Position numbers and translations under genes: made by a program. A stretch of 64,000 nt of DNA, from the NCBI GenBank assembly GCA_910577095.1, contig CAJTLY010000004.1, positions 51,021 to 115,020 of the forward strand. The letters are read 5' to 3'. The stretch's first letter is position 1. The number at the start of each line of letters is the position of its first letter. Under the pieces are notes generated by a model. The model searched no databases and was not told the DNA's origin. It was given only the letters and a program-made list of their open reading frames with translations. Positions 18,008 through 26,024 of this stretch are shown here, in pieces. This DNA comes from an uncultured Alphaproteobacteria bacterium. Its GTDB lineage: Bacteria; Pseudomonadota; Alphaproteobacteria; RF32; CAG-239.

Positions 18008-18634
18008 ATGAATGAGGGTAAAGATTATACAAGAAGAATTATAGATAATGCAGTAAGGGAAGATAGAAAAGATATCGGATATTTAGAAGATGAATTAGAA
18101 TTAATTGATATAGATGATTTATCATATTTTTATGAAGATAGGAAAAATAACATATTCAATATTTTTTTGACAAGTAAGTCATATCATTTACTTCTTCAAA
18201 TGTTAGATAGAGCCCTAATAAATCAAAATTTGAAAAATGGATATTCCTTAGCATCTGCGGTTGTTTGTAATTCAAATCTTCAACAATTTCAAAAAATCAT
18301 TGTATTAAGGAAAATGCTAAATTTAGGTTTTAATATAAATTGGAGAGATAAAAATAAAGAAACAATTTTATATCAAAGTATTAGACGAAACCTAAAAGAA
18401 ATTTCTATTTTTCTTTTAGAAAATCAAGCAAACCCCAATATTGGTAATGAGTTTAATGTTACACCTTTAATGATTGCTGGGTATAATGATATGATATACC
18501 TATCCTCATTACTAATTTATTATGGTGCTGATATAAATGCTAAAACAAAAATCAATAATTTGAGTATTAAAGATATCATAAGAGAATCAATAGGATTCAA
18601 TGTAGAAAATTTAATGACTGAATTTAATGATTAG
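18008..18634 (+). CDS. ankyrin-repeat protein
   Basis: Tandem ANK-like repeats: ...ETILYQSIRRNLKEISIFLLENQANPNIGNEFNVTPLMIAGYNDMIYLSSLLIYYGADINAKTK... Confidence 0.6.
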   Translation: MNEGKDYTRRIIDNAVREDRKDIGYLEDELELIDIDDLSYFYEDRKNNIFNIFLTSKSYHLLLQMLDRALINQNLKNGYSLASAVVCNSNLQQFQKIIVLRKMLNLGFNINWRDKNKETILYQSIRRNLKEISIFLLENQANPNIGNEFNVTPLMIAGYNDMIYLSSLLIYYGADINAKTKINNLSIKDIIRESIGFNVENLMTEFND

Positions 18635-18658
18635 AGAATTTGTTTAATTGATAAACTT

Positions 18659-18693
18659 AAAGCCTCAAGATTAGATAACCTTGAGGCTTTTAT
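18659..18693. terminator. bidirectional rho-independent terminator (aagcctcaa/ttgaggctt stem)
   Basis: Lies between the convergent genes 18008..18634 (+) and 18695..19030 (-). The stem is followed by a T-rich tail. Confidence 0.5.
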
Positions 18694-18694
18694 G

Positions 18695-19030
18695 TTACTG
18701 TAAATTTGCAGATACTTCAAATTTTACACTACCTATCTGAATTCTAATAGAATTTGGATAGAAATCTAGTAAGTAGCTATCACAATTCTTAAATTTTTTA
18801 ATTAATTTATGTAGTAATGCATAATCCGAAATAGTGTATATTGCCCTTAATTTATGTTCTTCACTTATATGATTTAAGACACTTATTGGCATTTCAATGT
18901 TTCTATACACGAAAATAATGTTATCTTCATATATCTCAATATAAAGAGTAGATTTTCTACCACCTCTTAAATTTTTAGTTATATGAGACAACTGTTTGCG
19001 TAAATCTTCTCCCAATACTTCAAATAGCAT
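18695..19030 (-). CDS. hypothetical protein (last gene of the helicase/MTase operon)
   Basis: 111-aa ORF 12 nt downstream of the helicase gene on the same strand. Confidence 0.3.
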   Translation of the reverse strand: MLFEVLGEDLRKQLSHITKNLRGGRKSTLYIEIYEDNIIFVYRNIEMPISVLNHISEEHKLRAIYTISDYALLHKLIKKFKNCDSYLLDFYPNSIRIQIGSVKFEVSANLQ

Positions 19031-19042
19031 AATAGTTCCTTT

Positions 19043-22000
19043 TTACTTAAAAACCTTATCTAAATCTTTTTCCAGAGTTCCTTTTTGAACAGAAGGTAAA
19101 GTGTCAAATAATCTTAAATTATGTTTATCAATACTCATTTTCTCATCAAAACCTAAAATATAAGCAGTTGCAATACGATAGATAATTTCTGTTGGAGCTA
19201 AACCATAAACTTGATTTGCAAAAATATGTTCTAATCTTTCTTGTTCATTTGGATATTTTTGTTTCAAATTACTGCTATTAAATAGTCTTTTTACAATTTC
19301 TGTAATGTAGAGACCTGATTTCATATATAAATCAATAAAAGTTCTATCTGAATTTTCAAAACATTCAGGACATTCTTTTTCTAAATTATCAACCATTTCT
19401 TTTACAACTTTTTTAGGAGTATAGATTTGGTTTGTTTTTTGCGGTGGAATATAATCAAATATATCTTCTATCTGTTCTTCATCAAAATAATTACTTAATT
19501 TAGTTCTTAAATTTAGAAATTCTTTTACAGAATCATTAAAGACTACTGGGTCAAATAAATTTCCAGCATAATGTTTTGTTTCACCTGTTTTATCATCTAC
19601 ATAATCCCCACCATCTCTTAAAAATCTAAATTCATCAAGAGTTATGCTGGTAACTTCCTTAAATACTTCATTTGGAATAATTGTATCAAAATTCTCTAAT
19701 GTTGTATTTTCGTCTCCATAAGCCATTAAAAATGAGGGGATTGTTCTTGAAAAACCTCTTAAATGGTCTCGAACACCTTCTTCAATACTTTTCTTTTCTC
19801 TTTGTTTAATGTCTGTTTCTGTTATTTCTACAATTGTCTTACCAGCTTCGTGAACGACTTGATTAATTGAATTCTTTAATGTTTCAGCTAGATTATTTTC
19901 AACAATAGATTTGGTTGCATCAAATTTTTGGTTAATAGCAGCTATTTCTTTTTCATTTTTTGCTTGCTTGATTTCTACATTTCTGTCTCGTTCAAGTCTT
20001 TCAATATCAATTTTATAAGAACCAAATTGTTTTTCAAAAGTTCTTTCGGCATCAGCATTTAATGTTTGAATCAGTTTCTTTTGAGCAGATTTGCTTAAAT
20101 CTTTTCCATATTCTTTTTTCGCAATTTCAATCATTGCCGAAGTTCCTATATGAAATTTTTCTTTCAAATCTTCTTTGATTTCATCAACTTCTTTTTTACT
20201 TTGAATTTCATCTTTTATTGTTTCAACTGTTTTAACTAGTTCATCTTCAATATTATTATATAATTTTTCTCCAAATATATCTGTAGCTTTACCAATAACC
20301 ATTTCCGATGGCAATTCAATTTCTCCCTCAGTATTAATATTGAGTTTATCTTTTGTTTCGGATGTAACTCCGATAGGCTCTTTTTGCGGGGTGAAATTTT
20401 GTATTATATCAATAACTTCTTTTGGAGCATTAAAGATATTACTGATATTTTGGAATAAAAAATTGCACATAAAGCCCTTACGAACAACTTCTTTTGCATA
20501 AATTTTACGAGGGATGGCAAGAACTTTTTCTGCATCAAGAGTTATCATTTCTCCTTCGTCATCTTCACCATACACGGGGAAGAAGTTAATTAACTCTCTG
20601 ATGTTTTGCTTACGGTCGTCTATACTTCCTTTACCAGCAGAAGTTGTAGTGTTTAAATCATTAGCAAATTGTTCAAAAACAACTAATGTTCGAGCAGGGT
20701 CAAAATCAAATACATAAGCATTTTCTTTACGAAATTGCTGTTGTCCATATTTAAATAAACAAGGATTCTGAGCTCTAAAAGCAGCTTGCATATATAGAGC
20801 AGGACTTTTTACATTGCTTAGCATTAATACAGCAGTCCATTCCGGCACAGTAACTCCTGTTGTTAATTGTCCAACAGAAATTGTAATTGTCTTGTCATTT
20901 TCTTTGATTGCCTTTACAACTTTATCAAAGGACTTTTGATTTTCTGTATCCTCATCTAAATTACCATCACCAGCAACTAGGACTATTTCATATTCCCTAA
21001 ATATTGGATGTTCTTTCAATTTCTTTGCTAATGCTTTGGCACTATCAACACGATTTAACAGCCAAAAAGTATGTCGTAATTCATTTCTAAGTTCTTCTGT
21101 TGAAAATGGAAATTTTGTTTGAGTGGTTAATGCTTCTAAAAATTTATCTACATCAGCATCATATTTGAATGAGCCATTTGAATTAGTGATGAAGAACTCA
21201 TTTAAATCAAATGCATAGCTTTCTGTTTCTCCATCATCATCAAAATCAGCACCTTTTTGTAGCTTATCTCTAATGATTTCAGACATTTGATAAGTATAAA
21301 GATTTAATTGAGGTAGAGTAGAATAAGGATTTTCTTCTTCTTTTGTTTCGTCCCATTCTTTTTTTGCCTTTTGTTCATCAGCATATGTCCAGTTGTATAC
21401 AGCTTTTTCTTCAAATTTTGAATTAGCCAAAGCTCTAAAAGGAGTTCCTGATAAATGAAGAGTATATTTCCTTTTTATATTATCAAAAGCAACATCAGCC
21501 CTATATGTATCAATACCTTCGTGAGACTCATCAATAATCAACAAATCCCATTTTAATTGGGCAATATGCTTTAATTTGTCATATTTTCCACCAAAATCTA
21601 TTGCACCTTTAAGGTCTTGTAATGATATAAATTCTATATATTTTCTTGCTGAGGGTGGTAAATTTTCTCTTTTTACAACACAAGGTTTGTTTTTTAGTGT
21701 ATCAACCTGACTAACAAAAAAGTAACCAGATTGAGTTCCAAAAAATTTTTCATAATCACTATACCACGAGGTTGCAATAGCTGGACGATGTGTAACTATT
21801 AGAACTGTTTTAGCATCTAATTGTTTACATAAATCATATGCTGAAAGAGTTTTACCAAATCGAGGTTTTGCATTCCATAAAAACTCAGGCTCATCATCTG
21901 CATATTGTTGAAAATATGATTTTGCTTGCTGCACAGCTTTTTGCTGTTCTGTTCTTAATTTATATTCTATTACGACATCTGTTTGAGCAATTCCTCTATT

Positions 22001-22336
22001 TGCCCTAAATTCATCGAATCGTTGCTTGGATGTTTGAGGTAGGATATGAAACCATTCTGTTCCTATTTTTCTCTCAATTCCAATTTTTTTCAAATAACAA
22101 TGAAAATCAGTATCGTGAAAAATATCTCCTGAACCATCATCATATATAGCATTGGCTTTCCACTCTATTTTATACTCTATATCAGCAGTTTGGGTTTGTT
22201 GCCTAACACGAGTTTCAACATCTTGTTCTGTAAAGCCTATCTTAGTCCAACCATTATGAGTAGCAATTTGAGGAGTAGTGTAGGCATAACACATAGGTAT
22301 TACTTTTTTGCTTGTCTTGATGTTGATTTTAGCCAT
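19043..22336 (-). CDS. GIY-YIG-like (T5orf172/MUG113) nuclease domain fused to an SF2 helicase; putative restriction/defence enzyme (Type III Res-like role)
   Basis: N-terminal GWTKIGFTEQDVETRVRQQ (T5orf172-type GIY-YIG core). Walker A NAKPRFGKT, DExH box LLIIDESHEG, motif III LSGTPF. Long C-terminal region of about 500 aa. Immediately downstream of the MTase ORFs on the same strand. Confidence 0.6.
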   Translation of the reverse strand: MAKINIKTSKKVIPMCYAYTTPQIATHNGWTKIGFTEQDVETRVRQQTQTADIEYKIEWKANAIYDDGSGDIFHDTDFHCYLKKIGIERKIGTEWFHILPQTSKQRFDEFRANRGIAQTDVVIEYKLRTEQQKAVQQAKSYFQQYADDEPEFLWNAKPRFGKTLSAYDLCKQLDAKTVLIVTHRPAIATSWYSDYEKFFGTQSGYFFVSQVDTLKNKPCVVKRENLPPSARKYIEFISLQDLKGAIDFGGKYDKLKHIAQLKWDLLIIDESHEGIDTYRADVAFDNIKRKYTLHLSGTPFRALANSKFEEKAVYNWTYADEQKAKKEWDETKEEENPYSTLPQLNLYTYQMSEIIRDKLQKGADFDDDGETESYAFDLNEFFITNSNGSFKYDADVDKFLEALTTQTKFPFSTEELRNELRHTFWLLNRVDSAKALAKKLKEHPIFREYEIVLVAGDGNLDEDTENQKSFDKVVKAIKENDKTITISVGQLTTGVTVPEWTAVLMLSNVKSPALYMQAAFRAQNPCLFKYGQQQFRKENAYVFDFDPARTLVVFEQFANDLNTTTSAGKGSIDDRKQNIRELINFFPVYGEDDEGEMITLDAEKVLAIPRKIYAKEVVRKGFMCNFLFQNISNIFNAPKEVIDIIQNFTPQKEPIGVTSETKDKLNINTEGEIELPSEMVIGKATDIFGEKLYNNIEDELVKTVETIKDEIQSKKEVDEIKEDLKEKFHIGTSAMIEIAKKEYGKDLSKSAQKKLIQTLNADAERTFEKQFGSYKIDIERLERDRNVEIKQAKNEKEIAAINQKFDATKSIVENNLAETLKNSINQVVHEAGKTIVEITETDIKQREKKSIEEGVRDHLRGFSRTIPSFLMAYGDENTTLENFDTIIPNEVFKEVTSITLDEFRFLRDGGDYVDDKTGETKHYAGNLFDPVVFNDSVKEFLNLRTKLSNYFDEEQIEDIFDYIPPQKTNQIYTPKKVVKEMVDNLEKECPECFENSDRTFIDLYMKSGLYITEIVKRLFNSSNLKQKYPNEQERLEHIFANQVYGLAPTEIIYRIATAYILGFDEKMSIDKHNLRLFDTLPSVQKGTLEKDLDKVFK

Positions 22337-22341
22337 AGTTC

Positions 22342-23328
22342 TTACTCCATAGGTTTAATCATAGTTTCAATGAAATCTATTTCTTCTTGGGTCAAACCAT
22401 ATTTCTTGTAAAGTTTCTCGTCAGTCCAAGATTCGTTAAAGTTTAGCCAAGGAACAAATTGGAAATTATTTATCGAAATATTCATCCCTGATAATGTTTG
22501 TAAAATCAAAAATCTAACAAATTTTGTCCTCAAATAATGATATATATTTTCTGTTTGTTCTTTATTTGTTGTTGGGCATATAATTAAATAGGATTGGTTA
22601 CAAATTTGATTAGGTTTTAATATTTCCATTCGACTTAAAACACGATACATTCCATTTTTATCAGGATTTCCAGCGTGCTCACAAGATAATTTTGAAATCA
22701 TAGTTTTATATAGGTCAATATTGTTTTTACCTTTTTCTACTTTGTTCCTTTCAACAAAGCCCCAACCTTTACTACTTACTATTTCACAGTCATCACCATT
22801 GGTTTTTTGGTCTGTTCCCTTAAAAGTTGATAAAAAACCAAAAGGAGTTTGGGGGCTACATCCTCCATCGTTTGATAGAAAGTTATTAGTAGAATTGGTA
22901 ACTTTATTAATTATAGAAATAGCCTCATTTCTTCGGATAAAGATTTTATGTTCATTTAATTTTCTTGAATATAATTTTCTTCCATTTTTATTTACACTAG
23001 TAAATTTGCATAATCCTTTATAAGCCTTATTCCAAAGGAAATAACAAATTCCTCCATTGATATCTACATTAGGAAAGCAATAATTCGAATCTATAAAATC
23101 TACAATTGTTTGAATTCTATCATCATTTAACATTTTTTCTCTAAAATCATCTAAGCCAACACCTCCTGAAAACCATCTGGCCGGAATAATCATTGTTAAT
23201 GCTGAAGGATTAGATTTTAAAGCTTCATCTACAAATTTTTGATAAAGGGGAATTGCTCCTAGACCTTTTCCAGCTTCATTAACTTGCATTTGATATGGAG
23301 GATTTCCTACAATATAATCAAATTTCAT
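22342..23328 (-). CDS. N6-adenine DNA methyltransferase, catalytic motif IV (NPPY) part
   Basis: Begins MKFDYIVGNPPYQ... Its ATG overlaps the stop of the upstream ORF (ATGA). Confidence 0.6.
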   Translation of the reverse strand: MKFDYIVGNPPYQMQVNEAGKGLGAIPLYQKFVDEALKSNPSALTMIIPARWFSGGVGLDDFREKMLNDDRIQTIVDFIDSNYCFPNVDINGGICYFLWNKAYKGLCKFTSVNKNGRKLYSRKLNEHKIFIRRNEAISIINKVTNSTNNFLSNDGGCSPQTPFGFLSTFKGTDQKTNGDDCEIVSSKGWGFVERNKVEKGKNNIDLYKTMISKLSCEHAGNPDKNGMYRVLSRMEILKPNQICNQSYLIICPTTNKEQTENIYHYLRTKFVRFLILQTLSGMNISINNFQFVPWLNFNESWTDEKLYKKYGLTQEEIDFIETMIKPME

Positions 23329-24407
23329 TTTTTATTTCCTTTCAAAAGGTAAAATTCAACAGCACCACTTTTATCTCGCCAATTTTTTATTTTGCAAAAC
23401 ATTGGAGGGTTGCTTTTCGGTAAATTGTTAAAAAGCTCTAATTGTCTGTCATCTTCATTGGAATCGCTAAAAGGAGCTGTATCTGTAAGCCCATCCATCT
23501 GCCAAATGTTCCACGCAATTACATTGGCTATTTGTTTGATTTGTGTTAGTGTTGGTTGTCTTTTGTGTTTGAATTTAAAGTTATCAATAAATGTCCAAAG
23601 AAGATTTTCTCTTGCTAAAAGCAAGTTATCTCCTTGGTATTCATAGCCATAAGTGGCTTCATATGCTCGTTTTGCCCAATTAAACCAATCTGTTTCATTT
23701 GTTGTATTTTCATTAACTATGCGAAGTTTTCTATCTAAAAGACCAATTCTTTTCTCTATTGGCAAAAACTCTCCGGTAGTTGTGTCATATCTGGAAACAA
23801 GATAAGGTGCTTCACCACAGGTTATTTCTAATCTTTTTGAATCAACATATTTCATCCAACCTTCTTTTTTGCTTTTCTTATCTTCTGCAAATTGTATAGG
23901 TTCTGTTGTTGGTATCCAATCGTGACCATTTGGGGTATTAAATACATTGGAATAACCAAACCATTCTTCATCACAATGGTTGTTCATTTCATTACAAATC
24001 CAAGAAGGAGTAAAAACCTCAGCCGATTTACGAGTTCTGTTTATTTGTTCATCTTTGGTTTTTGATATTCTTGGTTGGATTATTCTAGTGTTATCTTTGG
24101 TAATAAGTTCCGGAAGTATTTCTTTTTCAGCAGTATAGGCTTCTCCATATTTGGCATATTCATCACAAGCAAAACGAATGTATTTTCCGGTTGTCTTATC
24201 TTGAAGCAAGATTTTTAATAAAAAAGGACTAAGTTCTTCAATATCTTGCTCTAATATATCAATGTCTTCATCTTTTGATGCTGTAACATCATCTTTATAA
24301 TCTTCTAAATTGTAAATTTGAGCATATGAATCCCATCCCCTTACTTGTTTGCTTAAGGGTGTTTCTTTTTCTAATAGTGATATATTATTACTGACACATT
24401 CTAACAC
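23325..24407 (-). CDS. N-terminal partner/segment of the DNA methyltransferase (motif X-like VFTPSWI; degenerate motif I-like LEITCGEAPYL)
   Basis: 360-aa ORF ending ...GNKK* in an A6 tract directly before the next ORF's ATG. Combined length with the next ORF is about 689 aa, typical for Type III Mod proteins. Confidence 0.45.
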   Translation of the reverse strand: MLECVSNNISLLEKETPLSKQVRGWDSYAQIYNLEDYKDDVTASKDEDIDILEQDIEELSPFLLKILLQDKTTGKYIRFACDEYAKYGEAYTAEKEILPELITKDNTRIIQPRISKTKDEQINRTRKSAEVFTPSWICNEMNNHCDEEWFGYSNVFNTPNGHDWIPTTEPIQFAEDKKSKKEGWMKYVDSKRLEITCGEAPYLVSRYDTTTGEFLPIEKRIGLLDRKLRIVNENTTNETDWFNWAKRAYEATYGYEYQGDNLLLARENLLWTFIDNFKFKHKRQPTLTQIKQIANVIAWNIWQMDGLTDTAPFSDSNEDDRQLELFNNLPKSNPPMFCKIKNWRDKSGAVEFYLLKGNKK

Positions 24408-24422
24408 TGGGCTAATTCACCA

Positions 24423-24600
24423 ATTAACCCACCCTATTTTAGGGAATACTCATTTAAAATATTAATTTTGTGGGAATATGCTTATTTTCAAAGCATAAGA
24501 TAAGATTCTAATTGATTATTTTAGATTAATTTGTATGATATCAGAAGCGAGATAATTAATTGGTGAATTAATTATCTCGCTTATTTTTTTATGTATTTTT
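24423..24600. promoter_or_regulatory. inverted-repeat region between the MTase operon and the invertase gene: 15-bp IR (taattcaccaattaa ... ttaattggtgaatta) plus a perfect 15-bp-arm hairpin and a T-run
   Basis: IR copies at 24423-24437 and 24566-24580. Hairpin gcgagataattaatt-ggtg-aattaattatctcgc at 24557-24590, followed by ttattttttt. Confidence 0.45.
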
Positions 24601-24628
24601 GTTCAATCTGATAAATATTTAAAAAGGA

Positions 24629-25231
24629 TTGAATATGATATATGGATATATAAGGGTTAGCACACAAACTCAGGTCTTAGAGAACCAAAGATTAGCAATT
24701 TCAACATATTGTGAAGCAAATAATATAGAAATTAATAAGTGGGTAGAAGAAAAAATATCTTCAAGAAAACCTCTAAAAGAAAGAAAACTAGGCAAATTAC
24801 TCAAAAAGCTCAAAAAAGGAGATATCTTAATTGCATCAGAACTAAGTAGGCTTGGGCGTAATTTGTTAGAAGTTATGGGTATTTTGAAGGAATGTTTAGA
24901 AAGAGAGTGCCAAATATGGACATTAAAAGAGAACTATCGTCTTGGTTCTGATATCCAAAGCAAAGTTCTTGCTTTTGCTTTTAGTTTGGCTGCAGAAATA
25001 GAAAGACAACTTATTTCTGAAAGGACAAAAGAAGCTCTAAAAAGAGTTAAGGCAGAAGGAAAGCACCTAGGTCGTCCTTTCGGTCGTAAAAGTGCTTTCA
25101 ATGATTTAAAGAAAAATAAAGAGCGAATTCTACAATTGGCAGAACAAAATATTCCTAAAACACAAATAGCCAGAATGTTTAAGGTTGATAGAAGCACTAT
25201 TAGAAGGTTTATAAACCAACATAAAGATTAG
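24629..25231 (+). CDS. small serine recombinase (DNA invertase/resolvase family) with C-terminal HTH
   Basis: MNMIYGYIRVSTQTQVLENQ... (catalytic Ser), ...GKHLGRPFG..., C-terminal HTH ...KTQIARMFKVDRSTIRRF... Confidence 0.75.
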   Translation: MNMIYGYIRVSTQTQVLENQRLAISTYCEANNIEINKWVEEKISSRKPLKERKLGKLLKKLKKGDILIASELSRLGRNLLEVMGILKECLERECQIWTLKENYRLGSDIQSKVLAFAFSLAAEIERQLISERTKEALKRVKAEGKHLGRPFGRKSAFNDLKKNKERILQLAEQNIPKTQIARMFKVDRSTIRRFINQHKD

Positions 25232-25247
25232 AGAAATAGTGCATTAA

Positions 25248-25808
25248 CTATCTTTTTTTCAAATAACTGTAAACTGTAGGTCTAGTGATTTTAAATTGTT
25301 TTGCAATCCGAGAAATAGGCATTCCTTGACTATGCATATTATTTAATTCAGTAATTTGCTCACTACTTAGTTTGTTTTTTCCACCTTTGTATTTCCCTTT
25401 AGCTTTTGCTATTGCAATACCCTCTCTTTGTCTTTCTAATAGAATAGCCCTTTCAAGCTCTGCAACAGCTCCTAACATAACCATCATCATTTTTTGATAG
25501 GGGTCTTGTTTTTCATTTTCCTTAAAAGTCAGGTTTTCTTTATGAAAAATAATAGTAGCTCCTTTTGAGGTTATTTTTTCTACAAGATTCAATAAATCAC
25601 GAGTGTTACGAGCCAAGCGACTCATCTCGTGTATGTTAATGATATCGTTTGCCCTAATATTTGCCAACATTGCTTGTAACTGAGGACGATTGGTATCTTT
25701 ACCACTAATTTTTTCTTCATACACTCTGTCACAAGCAACATCTTTTAGTTGTCGTTCTGTGTTTTGCTCAATTGAAGAGACTCGTATATAATTAAATATC
25801 ATTGCCAT
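25248..25808 (-). CDS. small serine recombinase (resolvase/invertase family)
   Basis: MAMIFNYIRVSSIEQNTERQ..., ...GKYKGGK..., HTH ...ISRIAKQFKITRPTVYSYL... Convergent with the previous recombinase, 16-bp gap. Confidence 0.75.
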   Translation of the reverse strand: MAMIFNYIRVSSIEQNTERQLKDVACDRVYEEKISGKDTNRPQLQAMLANIRANDIINIHEMSRLARNTRDLLNLVEKITSKGATIIFHKENLTFKENEKQDPYQKMMMVMLGAVAELERAILLERQREGIAIAKAKGKYKGGKNKLSSEQITELNNMHSQGMPISRIAKQFKITRPTVYSYLKKR

Positions 25809-25814
25809 ACCTCT

Positions 25815-25906
25815 TAATGTAAAATCTATATTTAAGAATATATTTTACAATTGTAAAATCGTCAAGTAAAATAATTTAGATTTTACACTTTTGTAAATGT
25901 AAAAAC
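25815..25906. promoter_or_regulatory. res-like site: cluster of TGTAAAAT-type half-sites including a perfect 18-bp palindrome attttacaattgtaaaat upstream of the resolvase gene
   Basis: Copies at 25819-25827, 25842-25859 (palindrome), 25877-25887 (inverted) and 25893-25906. Three-subsite organisation over about 90 bp. Confidence 0.4.
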
Positions 25907-26024
25907 AGGGTATGCTTGGGTTTGTCAATTTAAATGAAGAGTTATAAGGGAATAAATTAATTCTATAGACTCTTTGGTATATTATAATATAATTGTTCCA
26001 TCAAAATATTGTATGAGGTATTTT

